Positions 25,764 through 37,472 of a stretch of DNA of 64,000 nt are shown here, piece by piece. Within the stretch, counting starts at the first letter, position 1. Each line of letters begins with the position of its first letter. This stretch comes from Azolla caroliniana. Lineage: Eukaryota; Plantae; Polypodiophyta. The notes beneath the pieces are model-generated. The model was not told the DNA's origin. It did not search any database and worked only from the letters and a program-made list of their open reading frames with translations. The DNA lies in contig JBHGNT010000008.1 in assembly GCA_043228905.1 (NCBI GenBank), positions 17,112,001 through 17,176,000 of the forward strand, written 5' to 3'. A program made the translations under genes and the position numbers.

Positions 25764-27009
25764 TGTTAGGAAACAGGTCCCTCTAGATGGGAAGTGAGAA
25801 GAACAGTACTGATATGCATCCCCAGTATTGTTAGGAAACAGGTCCCTCCGGATGGGAAGTGAGCAGAAGAAGTAGAGGAAGCCAAAACCGGAACCGGCCA
25901 AGACCCTGAATCGGATTCGGATGAAGAGCAACGGGAGGAGCTGGTTACCTAAGCCCAAAGACGGAGATATCCTCTTAGAGAGAGAAGGGCCCCCCGGAGA
26001 TTTTCGGATTCAGAGCATGTGCTGCTGACCGATGAGGGAGAGCTGGAAAGCTTCGAAGAGGCGAAGGATGACACCCACAATTGCAAATGGTTAAGTGCCA
26101 TGCAGGATGAGATGGATTCCCTGCATGAGAACCATACGTACAAATTGGTGGAGTTTCCGAAAGGAAAGCGGGGATTCCGAAACAAGTGGCTGTACAAGTT
26201 GAAACCGGGAGATGCCGACAACCCCCCGAGATACAAGGCCAGGATCGTGGTGAAGGGGTTCCAGCAGAAGAAGGGTGTGGACTTCGATGAGATATTTACC
26301 CCGGTAGTAAAGACGACCTCCATTCGTACGATGCTGAGTATAGCGGCAAGCATGGACCTCGAGGTAGAGTAGCTAGATGTGAAGACGACATTCCTTCACG
26401 GTGACCTCGAAGAGGAGATCTACATGCAACAACCGGAAGGATTCGTGGAGAAAGGGAAGGAGCACCTGGTATGCCGGTTGAAGAAGAGCCTGTACAGACT
26501 GAAGCAGGCTCCCTGACAATGGTACCGGAAGTTCAACTCCTTCATGACTGATCAAGGGTACCACAAGACACAGGTTGATCACTGTGTGTTTGTGAAGAAG
26601 TTCGGACTAGTAAGACATCCCATGCCGGAGTGAAGGGAGAGTTTGTTAGGAAACAGATTCCTCCAGATGGGAAGTGAGAAGAATACCGGATGGTGAAGAC
26701 CCGGTGAGAACCGGATGAAGAGTACCCGGCTACGGAAGACCTGGGGAGAACCGGATGAGGAGTACCCGACTACGGAAGACCTGGGGAGAACCGGATGAGG
26801 AGTACCCGGCAAGAGCCGGATGATGATGGCCCGGTGAGAAGTGCTCACCGGATGAAGGGACATATTTGTAAATATGTTTTTGAGAGTCCATCGGGGCTAT
26901 ATTTGTAATAGCCGAAAAGTCATATTAGTATAAATATGACTTAGGGCAAACAGAGAATTGTGTGTGGTTGTTGTAATTCTTGTTGGCGCAAGATTAGAGC
27001 GCAACAGTG

Positions 27010-27049
<40 letters not shown>

Positions 27050-27323
27050 CGAAGAGGTCGTTGCCTCTGTTGTAACCGCCGCCTGTGGCGAAGACAGTGA
27101 ACAAGAGGTTGTTGCCTCTGTGTTCATCTTTTGTATATTGTTACATAGTGATAGTTAGCAGTCAGTGGACTGCCGTGGTTTTTCCCGTGTTTGGGTTTTT
27201 CCACGTAAACATCTTGTGTACTCTTCTCTCCATCGTGTCATGCATCCATTCCCCGTTTCCTGTGTTGGATTCTAAGCTCAGTTGGGGCCGAGCGTTGTTC
27301 ATAGGAGCGTGTAGTTCCTGTCA
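25764..27323 (+). mobile_element. Heavily deleted copia D inserted antisense in RT of C
   Basis: TSD AGTAT (25759-25763 / 27324-27328). Only stubs of the 5' LTR remain (25764, 25829). Pol fragment at 25864-26600, then PPT and a full 3' LTR at 26644-27323. Confidence 0.85.
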
Positions 27324-29838
27324 AGTATCTGTCTTGCCGGACCCAAGTCTTTCATTGAGAAGGTCCGGTTCAGAGCCTTCTTCAGCATCCGTATCTTGAC
27401 TTGGTCTCGTCCGACGATCAACATGTCGTCCACGTACAAGAGGAGTATCAGGAAGTCTCCACCTTCGAACTTCTTCACAAATATGCAGTGATCGGCCTGC
27501 GTCTTGTGGTACCCTTGATTGGTCATGAAGGAGTCGAACTTCTGATACCATTGCCGGGGAGCCTGCTTCAAACCGTAGATGCTCTTCTTCAACCGGCAAG
27601 CCAGGTGCTCCTTCCCTTTCTTCACAAATACCTCCGGTTGCTGCATGTAGATCTCCTCTTCGAGGTCGCCGTGGAGGAACGCCGTCTTCACGTCTAACTG
27701 CTCTACCTCGAGGTCCATGCTTGCCGCTATGTTCAACACCATCCGGATGGAAGTCATCTTTACTACCAGGGCAAATATCTCGTCGAAGTCCACTCCCTTC
27801 TTCTGATGGAATCCCTTCACCACGATCCTAGCTTTGTACCTTGGGGGGTTGCCGACATCTCCCGGTTTCAACTTGTACACCCACTTATTCCGGAGTGCCC
27901 GCTTTCCTTTCGGCAACTCCACCAATTCATACGTGTGGTTCTCATGCAGGGAATCCATCTCGTCCTGTATGGCCCTCAACCACTTGCGGATGTGGGTGTC
28001 CTCCTTTGCTTCTTCGAAGCTTTCCGGCTCCCCCTCATCGGCCAACAACACATGCTCTGCATCCGGAAATCTCCGGGGGGCTCTTTTTTCTCGGAGAGGA
28101 CATCTCCGTCCTCGGTTTTTGGTAACCGGCTCATGTGTCTATTCTTCATCCGAATCCGATTCGGGGTCTTGTTCGGTTTCGGTTTCAGCTTCCTCTCCTT
28201 CTTCTGCCGGTTCGGTATCCTCACCGTAACCAACCGGTTCTTCGAGTGTCAGCCGACTCTTAGCTGGGTAGGTCTGAATCTCATCGGTCCGATTCTTACC
28301 GGTCGACTCAGAGTTCATTATCTTCTTCTCTGACTCCCAGTCGGCAAGGGTCTTGTCCTCCATGAAGACAATATCTCGACTCCGGAACACCTTCTTGTCG
28401 ACGGGGTTCCACACTCGGTAGTCGAACTCATCATCCCCGTATCCGGGGAATATGCAAGGCTGGGACTTTGGATCCAACTTTGCTCTCCAATCCTTTGCCA
28501 CATGCACGTAAGCGAGACACCTGAACACCTTCAGGTGCCGGTAAGACACTTCCTTACCGGTCCATACTCTCTGTGGCGTGTCTCTGTCCAAGGGCACTGA
28601 GGGTGATCTGTTTATCACGTACGTCATTGTCGCCAACACCTCAGCCCAAAACATCTTGGGTAACTTTGCATGTGTGAGCATACTCCAGACCCTCTCCATT
28701 ATGGTCCGGTTCATCCTCTCGGCTAGCTCGTTTAGTTCCGGCGTCTTTGGCACGGTAAATTCTAGCCGGATTCCCTTCGATCGGCAATACTCCTCAAACT
28801 CCCCCCGGTATTCTCCTCTGTTATCTGCTCGAACCGCCTTCAGCTTCCGGGCGGTTTCTCTTTCCACTCTTGCGTGGAGCTCCTTGAAGACAGATAACAC
28901 CTGATCCTTCGTCTTCAACGGTGTGGCCCACAGCTTCCGGTTGTGGTTGTCTATGAACGTCACGAAGTACTACGATCTAGCATGTGACTTCGTGTCCACT
29001 TGACACACATCGGTATGCACCAGCTCCTGTGGTGCATTATGTCTCATTGGTGGCCTTGAGCTGAAGGAGGTCTGGTTTTGCTTACCGGCTAGGCAATCGG
29101 TGCACTTCTCAAGATGCACGTCTTTCACCGGAATGAGGTTGTCATCGGCAAGCCTCTTCATCCCCTTCTCACTCATGTGACACAGTCTCTTGTGCCACAG
29201 CTCACCAGCAGTGTCGGATGCAACGTTAACTTCTTCCCGGCATAACCGGGAATTCATTAGGTACATAGTGTTGACTTTCCGGACCTGAGCCACTATTAGG
29301 CTCCCTTTGCTGAACTTCATGATTTCGTTCCGGATGCTACCCGTGTAGCCTTCATCGTCTAGGCGACCGGCTGATATTAGGTTCAGTCGAACCTCCGGAA
29401 CGTGTCAGACATCCTTCAACAGCTGCTTGCATCCGATTGATGTCGTCAACACCACATCTCCTATGCCAATGATTCGGCACGTACCTTCATTTCCCATTCG
29501 GACATAGCCGTGATCATCGACTGTGTAGGATGAGAAGCATTTCTGGTCTAGGGTTAGTTGGAATGACGCCCCAGAATCGACAACCCACGTTGTCACGTTG
29601 TCTCGTTGCCGACAACTCACTCTCCTCGGTGATGAGCATCAACTCCTCTTCACTTGCCGCGATTGCCGTCGTTCCCTTCTGGTCCGGTCCTCTCCGGTCT
29701 TTGCCGTTTCGGTTCGGTGACCGCTTAGAATTGGTACCGTCGGTTTCCTTGTCTTTTCGGAAGTGCCGACAGTTCTTATGGAAGTGTCCCGGCTTGCCGC
29801 AATAGAAGCAAGTAGGCCTCCCCCTTGACTTTGACCGT

Positions 29839-32800
29839 TGTCGAGGTATTCCTCGCGGATGCGTGGAATGAGGCAGGACCTCGGGGGTCCTGTACCGAAG
29901 AGCAAGGGAGAAAGGAGAGGGGAAGAGACCCACGAGGTGCGAACGTAGATTCACAGGGACACGGCCCTTCGACACGAAGACGCGAGTGGGACAGCGACAC
30001 AGAGAGACACGAATCTATGTATATATTAACAAAGACAAACAACAAGACACGAAGTCGGTTACAACTGAACAGGCCGGCGAACAGATGCCGATGCCTGTTC
30101 GCGAACGCTCAGAAAGGAAAGAGTAGGTTGGAGGTGCTGCCGGAAGCACTCGGGCATTCCTCAGAGCAGCGCGAGCCTCACGAAACCTGCACAGAAAGAA
30201 GCTATGGAGTATGGAAGAGAGAGGAGCCTTCGACCGACAGCCCGACAACACTTCGTCCTCCCTGATTCCGCGATCCCCACCCCCTCCTCGTCTTCCTTCT
30301 TTTATAGGCAAGGAAGGAGCCGTTTCTCATTAACTTCCTACCTACCGAATCTACCTACATAGGATCTTCTATGTACAACATAAGACGTACGTTCATGAAG
30401 AGCCGGTTCCTATGCTCCGGCGCACCGATTCCGCTCGTGGACGGTTTTCTTCACGACATCCGCCCCCACCTAACCGCGCATCCACCGGCATGCGCCAAAT
30501 TGAGTTGGGACGGAGAAAACCGGTCCAGCCTTCATTCTCCGGCCGTCCGTTCTTCCTCAGTTTCGGATCGTTCGTCGTCGCGGTCCAGGTCAACCGCATC
30601 CGGCTCGTTGTCATGACGCTTCTTGAACGCTTTGATCTGCTTCCCAGCTACCGGTATCGCCATTCTCGTGCTGTCGAGTTCCGCCAGATGGTACGTCCCG
30701 TTGTCGTTGGCGCTTTGTACCACGTAAGGTCCGAACCACCTTCTCGCGAACTTTCGTGTTGATCGGTGCTGGTTGTCGAGGCTGCTGTCGTAGACTAGCA
30801 CCCAGTCACCTTCCTCGATCTTCTTTGGTCGAAGCCGGTGTGTTCGGTCGAACCGGGCTTTGTTCCTCGTCCTTGCCACCCGAAGCTTTTCCGCAACCTG
30901 CTCCACGTCCTCCGGTCTTCGCTCGAGCTGTCGTATGCGTGCCGTCAACAGTTCCTCCCGGCTCATCTCGTCTCTCCAGTCCACGGTTGCCCATGAGGAG
31001 ATCGTACGTTCCATCGGCATGATCGGCTTCTGCCCAAACATGAGCTCTGCCGGCATGAATCCGGTTACCGAACTGTGTGTAGTTCGGTCAACCCACAACA
31101 CGTAGGGCAGCAGCCGTGGCCAGTTCCCGACTTGCCCTCCGCATGCCCGAACTAACGCCTTGACGATCGGTCCGTGTCCGCGCTCCACCTTCCCATTTGC
31201 CTACGGATTGTATGCAGTGGTAAGCAAGAGCTTGACTCCTAGCCGGTCGAACAACTCCTTGGCCTCTTCGGCGTCCAACTCCCCGCGATCAGCCACGATC
31301 TTCCCGACGCACCTGTACCGGCATATCACGTCCTCGATCAGGAACCGACATACGGCCGCGGTCGTTTTGTTCTGAAGGGCTCGGCCTTCTATCTGGTTCG
31401 TCAGATCTTCCCGAGCTAGGACCAGATACCGCATCTGTCCTACTCCCATCGGCATCGTCACCAGATCTACCATCCATTTGAAGTGGATGGTCGGAGGGTA
31501 TGTAGGGTGAAGCTCGTCCCGATGTCGGACTATGGAGTGCATCTGACAGCTCTCGCAAGTTGTCACGAACCGATGCACGTCCCGGTACAGTCCCGGCCAC
31601 CAGTACTTCCCCTTTATCTTCTCGAATGTGGCCCACGTTCCACAGTGTCCAGCCCAAGGGCTGTCGTGGTAGGCCGTCAGCAGCTCCTCCTGTTCTTCCT
31701 TCATCGCCACCACCCGGAGCGGGACGCCGTTCCTCTTCTTCGGGTGCTTCCATAAGTATCCGTCCCGGAGAAAGAATCGGTATGCTTTCTTCCGGATCCG
31801 GTTGGCCTCCTCCCTCGTCCACGACGCATCCGGCGTCATTGTCCTCAAAAACCCACCGATCTGTAGCCACTCGCCGTCGTACTTGCTTTCGTTGAAGCCG
31901 TTAAGCGCCGGAGTGCTCGTCCCATCGGTCGTCACGTACGCTGCCTCGAAGAAGTCCACGCCGACTTCTTCGTCCTCCGAAACCATGCCGCCCTCGTCAT
32001 CAAACCTCGCCCTCGAAAGCATGTCGGCCATGGCGTTGTCCTTTCCGGAAATGTGCGGTATTTCCGGGTCCAGGGACTTGATGTACGCTATCCACCTGAG
32101 CATCGCCAGGTCCGGTGTCGCGCATCCGAAAACCATGCCGAGAATTGGCAGGCAATCCGTCTCGATAATCACTTCTGTCCCGATCAGGTAGTCTTTGTCG
32201 GCCTTTACCGCCGAAACGATACCCCAGAGTTCGCGTTTAACCTGGGCGTACCCTCGCTGTCGCTCACTGAGGACCTTCGCGCCGAATCGGATCGGGAACC
32301 GAATGCCGTCCTCGTCTTCTTGGTTGACGACCCATCCGATCCCGGTCGGGCTCGTATCCACCGTTATGTATACCGGGGTACCCTTCTCGTAGACAGCCTT
32401 CCGGAGCGCCGGTGCTGCCGCAAGAGCTTCCTTCAGCTTCCGGACCGACTCCGTGTGCTCGTCTCGCCACTCGAATTTTCGCCCCTTCTTCAGCAACCCG
32501 TATAGTGGCTCCGCAACGTGGGCGTAATGCGGGATCCATATGTGGTAGAACGCGCATGTCCCCAGGAACTTCCGAACTTCCGTAATCGAGCTACAGTCGG
32601 TCTTCATCGCGGAGATGGCTTCTACCTTTGCCGGAGACGGCTTTCGGCCATATGGTCCACATAGGTGTCCGACCACCAGGATTTCTGATTGCCCGAAGGC
32701 CGATTTCTCCCCGGAGAAGGTGAGCCTCGCATCCTCTAGCCTTTGTAGCACCTTCTCGCAGTTGTCAATGTGTGTTGCCACGAATCGCCGGCATCCGTCC

Positions 32801-35800
32801 GGCCCGAGTGTCTCGTCTTTCTCTTCCACCGGGCACCCTTTGATAGGGATGTCGTCTAGAAACGACATGGTGATGTCCGGGATGCAATCCCTCAGTACCT
32901 TGTTCATTGCATTCACCATGTGGGCCACCGAGTTAGTCCCTCCTTGTGGCAGGGTACACATTCGCACTAGGCCGAGGGGAGTTCGCATCGTCGTAATGTC
33001 TCTGCTCTCCACGGCCAGATGGAACTGGTCGTACCCCGAGTACAGATCACTGACCGAGTAAATCGACCTTCCGGCGAAGGCCTCCGCGAACTCGTCTATG
33101 GTCGGTCCGATTCCTGCGTTCCGAATGGTCACTCTGTTGACCGGCTGCAGGTCTTGAATGAAGCGCATCGTTCCGTTTTTCTTTGGTACGGTAAACCATC
33201 GGTTCGAGTATTGGGCACTTGACGGTTCGAGAATGCCCATATCTACTTTCTGCTTCAATAGCTCCATCAACTTCGGGATGTGAGCTCTCGGTACCGGAAT
33301 CGGCTTGAGATTCCACGGCACATGCGGTACTGTGAATATCACCATCGGCTCCACGATCGTCGGGTCTACGCACCCGATCTCTTCCGGTGAGAATGCGAAG
33401 GCTTTCCCGTGCCTTCCGAGCATTCTACGAAACCGATCTTCCTCCGCCGGTAGTAGGAACCCGCCCCCACCGATCTTGAGCTCCCGGAGCGTCCCGTCGG
33501 TGAAGGTGTGTCCTATGCAGGCCGGATCTCGTAAACTGGGGTCCTACGCCACCCCTCTGATTCGGGACTCGCTGCCCTTCGGTAAGGGTGCCGCGACCGG
33601 CCTTACCTTCCGGTCCACAGTCTTGTACTTCGTGCTAACTCGGGCTATCCGATCCGACTCGAGCCCCTGACTGAAGTCCGCGATGACTTCATACATCTCT
33701 TCGGAACATACCGGTATCGTCCGGTCTTCGTTAAGGTCTTCTCCGGCTATCTTCCGCAGCATCCCCAAGGTGTCGTCGAAGGAGACCGCCTCCACGGCTC
33801 CGCTGATTTCCTCGTCCGGGCCGAGGACTCCGCACGCTCGAAGTCGCTCCTCCGCCCTTGCCCTTTCTCGGCCAACGATGCCGACTATCATACATCCTCC
33901 GTCATCGGAGAAGCAAATTTTCCTGCCTATCGTACAAGGTTTCTTCGGTTTCGGTTCTATCGTACAGCTGTGGGGTCTTTCTCGAGTGTCTGGACTGTCT
34001 CGGCCCCACGCCTTGGCAGCCCTCTCTAAAAGTCCTCCGGTTCTCGCCACCGAGGGATTCGCGGTTTCGCTCGTGGTTCGGTCGCACCGTCAGAAATTGG
34101 ACCGAATGGCGCCCGTCCTGGCTTTTGACCCTCGCGTAGGCTGAACCATTGTCCAGCACTTTGGTCTCCATCCGCGCCGCTGTGATGTATGGTTCCCCTA
34201 ATATGACCGGGTGCGAGGACGTCTCCTGTACGAAGAAATGCTGGTCAATCTCGACGTCGCCGATCTTGACTCGCACGTTCGGGCAGGCCCCATGCAGTTC
34301 CTCGGTGGTGCGCATCGCCGCCCGTATCTTCCACCCGTGCTTGGTGTTGATCGGCCACTTTCCCTTCTTATAGAAATCCATGGACATCAGGTTTATTTCC
34401 GAACCGTGGTCCACCAATGCTACCACCGGTTCCTGAACATCTCCGATCTTTACCGGGGTCTCCGTGGTCGCTCGGGCCCAGTGTGGCCTCGAATAGTGGC
34501 TCTCCGCCCACTCATCTGCCAGCGCCGAGTCGTCGATGTGCGTCGTCCGCACCTCCACCGGTCTCTTCGGTTCCGTCTCCATCGACAAGCTCTTCCGCTT
34601 CACCAAGTCCACAATGGAGTCGTGGAACTCCTTCTTAGCGATCCCTAGCACCTCCCGTAATGACAGCTCCACTTTGCTGTCTAGGATCCGTTCTTCTAGG
34701 ACCTTCCGTAGGTCCGTGGTCCTTTCTATTTCCGTCCCCAGTCGGTATCCGCCCTTCCTGGGGTTATATTGCGCGCTGGACCCACCGGCATTGTTCCGTC
34801 GTTGCCCGAATCGGGTCTCGTATCGTTGTGAGGGCCCGGCCAATCCTGCTTTCCCCGCTCGTTTGTCTTCTACCAGAGCCTCGTAGTTCCGGCAGGCGGC
34901 TTCTACGAAGCCTGTCTTCTCCTCGACCGGGTCGCTCCACCCGGTTACTTCCCGGACCCGTTTCTCGGCGCGGTCCGCTTCGTCTTTCCTCAACCGTGCG
35001 CCGGCGAGGCCTTCCAGCATTGCCGACCAGAATCCGTCTTTGCTCTCCTTTCGGGCCTTGCTGCCCCCGACCCGAATGCCGGCCGACGCCGAGTAGTGGA
35101 TGGCCTCCACGTGTCGGGCCACTGCCTCTTCCATCAGTCTCTTCATACCTCCTCGCCCGTCGTTTCGGTTTAGGGCCCTTTTGGTGTCGCCGGCATGCAC
35201 CCGGCCTTCCCATAGGTACACCACCCGGTCCCTCAACGCCTCTGCGAAATCGCCGCAGTCCTTCCGAATGTGGCCGACCTCGTCGCACCACATGCACCTG
35301 TTCCCTGCTGCCGGTCGTCGGTCACGAGCCGGTTCGCCACCTTCCCTTCGAGTCTAGGCGATTTGGAGGTCCTTTATCGCCCGCGTCAACTCCTCCAGCG
35401 CTGCTCCTCCGGACGAGCCATTGACCTGGCCGGTCGAAGGCGGACCGGTTTCGAGCCATTCCCGGGTTTCTTCCCTTCGCCCTTGCGGTGCCGGTTCAAG
35501 CCTCCTTGCTGTGACAGAGCCTGCACCAGCCGCCCCGTTGTCAGCCCATTCTCACCGTTTGTCGAAACGGCCACAGACTCTCTTAACCGCAGCCCAGTCG
35601 GTCGTCAGCCCGTCTTCGATTTCCAGCAAGGAGCCGACTTGATCCCGGTCCCGCTCGTCCACCGACTTGACGAACAGTAGGACCCGGCTCGTATCCAGAA
35701 CGGTTCGGTCAAGCGCCGAAAGGCACGCAAAGCGTTCCTCAAACTCCCGGAGGAGTGCCGACGCGTTTCTTCCCTTGCCGGGGGACTCCACCCATTCCAT

Positions 35801-36814
35801 GAAGTCCCGTTTCGAAAGTCGGAGCGCGTCGTCCAGCCCGTATCTTTCTAGGAGTCGACCCTCGAACTCCTCCCAGGTACGGCTCTCCGCCCGTACCTCG
35901 AGCACCTCTGCATGGATGCTCGGCATCACCAGTCGAGGGAACCCGGCAAGACGCCTCTCTTCCGGAATGTCCCACATCAGCATTTCTGCCCCGTAGGACG
36001 CCAAATACTTCGTGGCATCCTTTCCGCTGAACCGGCCGATCGTACCAACGACCGCCTCAATGGCTTTGTCGAGGGCGCCGGAGCCCTCGTGTGTGCTCAA
36101 TATCCGATCCACGGCCGAAGCCATGGCCTCCGCAAGATCCGACCCTTTCATCTTCTGCTCTTCTGCCGCCTCCTTCACGTCGGGTTCACCAAGATGTCGA
36201 GGTATTCCTCGCGGATGCGTGGAATGAGGCGGGACCTCGGGGGTCCTGTACCGAAGAGCAAGGGAGAAAGGAGAGGGGAAGAGACCCACGAGGTGCGAAC
36301 GTAGATTCACAGGGACACGGCCCTTCGACACGAAGACGCGAGTGGGACAACGACACAGAGAGACACGAATCTATGTATGTATTAACAAAGACAAACAACA
36401 AGACACGAAGTCGATTACAACCGAACAGGCCGGCGAACAGATGTCGATGCCTGTTCGCGAACGCTCAGAAAGGAAAGAGTAGGTTGGAGGTGCTGCCGGA
36501 AGCACTCGGGCATTCCTCAGAGCAGCGCGAGCCTCACGAAACCTGCACAGAAAGAAGCTATGGAGTATGGAAGAGAGAGGAGCCTTCGACCGACAGCCCG
36601 ACAGCACTTCGTCCTCCCTGATTCCGCGATCCCCACCCCCTCCTCGTCTTCCTTCTTTTATAGGCAAGGAAGGAGCCGTTTCTCATTAACTTCCTACCTA
36701 CCGAATCTACCTACATAGGATCTTCTATGTACAACATAAGACGTACGTTCATGAAGAGCCGGTTCCTATGCTCCGGCGCACCGATTCCGCTCGTGGACGG
36801 TTTTCTTCACGACA
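29839..36814 (-). mobile_element. Full-length Ty3/gypsy element with 620-bp LTRs, tRNA-Trp PBS and 4-bp TSD
   Basis: LTRs 29839-30458 and 36195-36814 differ by about 7 substitutions by eye. Gag at 35552-36331, PR ALVDHGSEINLM, RT FLDD, RH DTS..E..D, INT zinc finger H..CESC. PBS revcomp ttcacgtcgggttcacca, PPT next to 30459, flanks CCGT/CCAT. A few stops and frameshifts. Confidence 0.95.
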
Positions 36815-37472
36815 CCATGTCCCCGACTTTTCCTGGTTCTGGGAACTACGATTCCTTTGTCTTCCGTGTTCCGATTCGGTAAGGAGCGCTTTGGAGTCAG
36901 AGATCGTATCCTTGTCTTTCCGACACGCCTCCTCATCTAGCAAGCTCGACTTGACTCTTGCTAGGGATAACTGTTTTCCTTCAGGCCCGGCGTTGCCCAT
37001 AGTCACAACCAACGTCTCCTAGCTATCCAAGAGGGAACAGAGCAGGAGTAGTGCTAGTACCTCATCGGCGAGAGGTACTTCCAACAATGTTGCCTGGTGA
37101 ATCAACCCCTGGAAGGCATTCATGTGCTCCGCCATGTTGGAGCCATCTTGGTACTAGAGTCTTACTAGCTTTTGGAATACCGAAACCCGATTAACAACAT
37201 TTTTGTTCTGAAACATAATGCTGATCTTCTCCCAGAGCTCATGAGCTTTGCTCTCCTCATTAAAGTTGTTGTACAGACTCATGTCGATGAAACACCGTAT
37301 GTACGTCATTGTCTTCATGTGCATCACCTCCCACACCGTGGCGTCGATCTTATCCGGTCTATTGTCCCCGAACTGAACCGACAACCAAAGATCTTTAACC
37401 ACAAGCATGTCACTCATCTTTGACTTCCACTCTGAGTAGTTGGGGCCAGTGAGCTTGAACATGCCTCCCAAC

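Noticed and set aside
36174-36191. tRNA-Trp gene
   Set aside because: Only the 3' 18 nt including CCA are present next to an LTR, which makes it a PBS.
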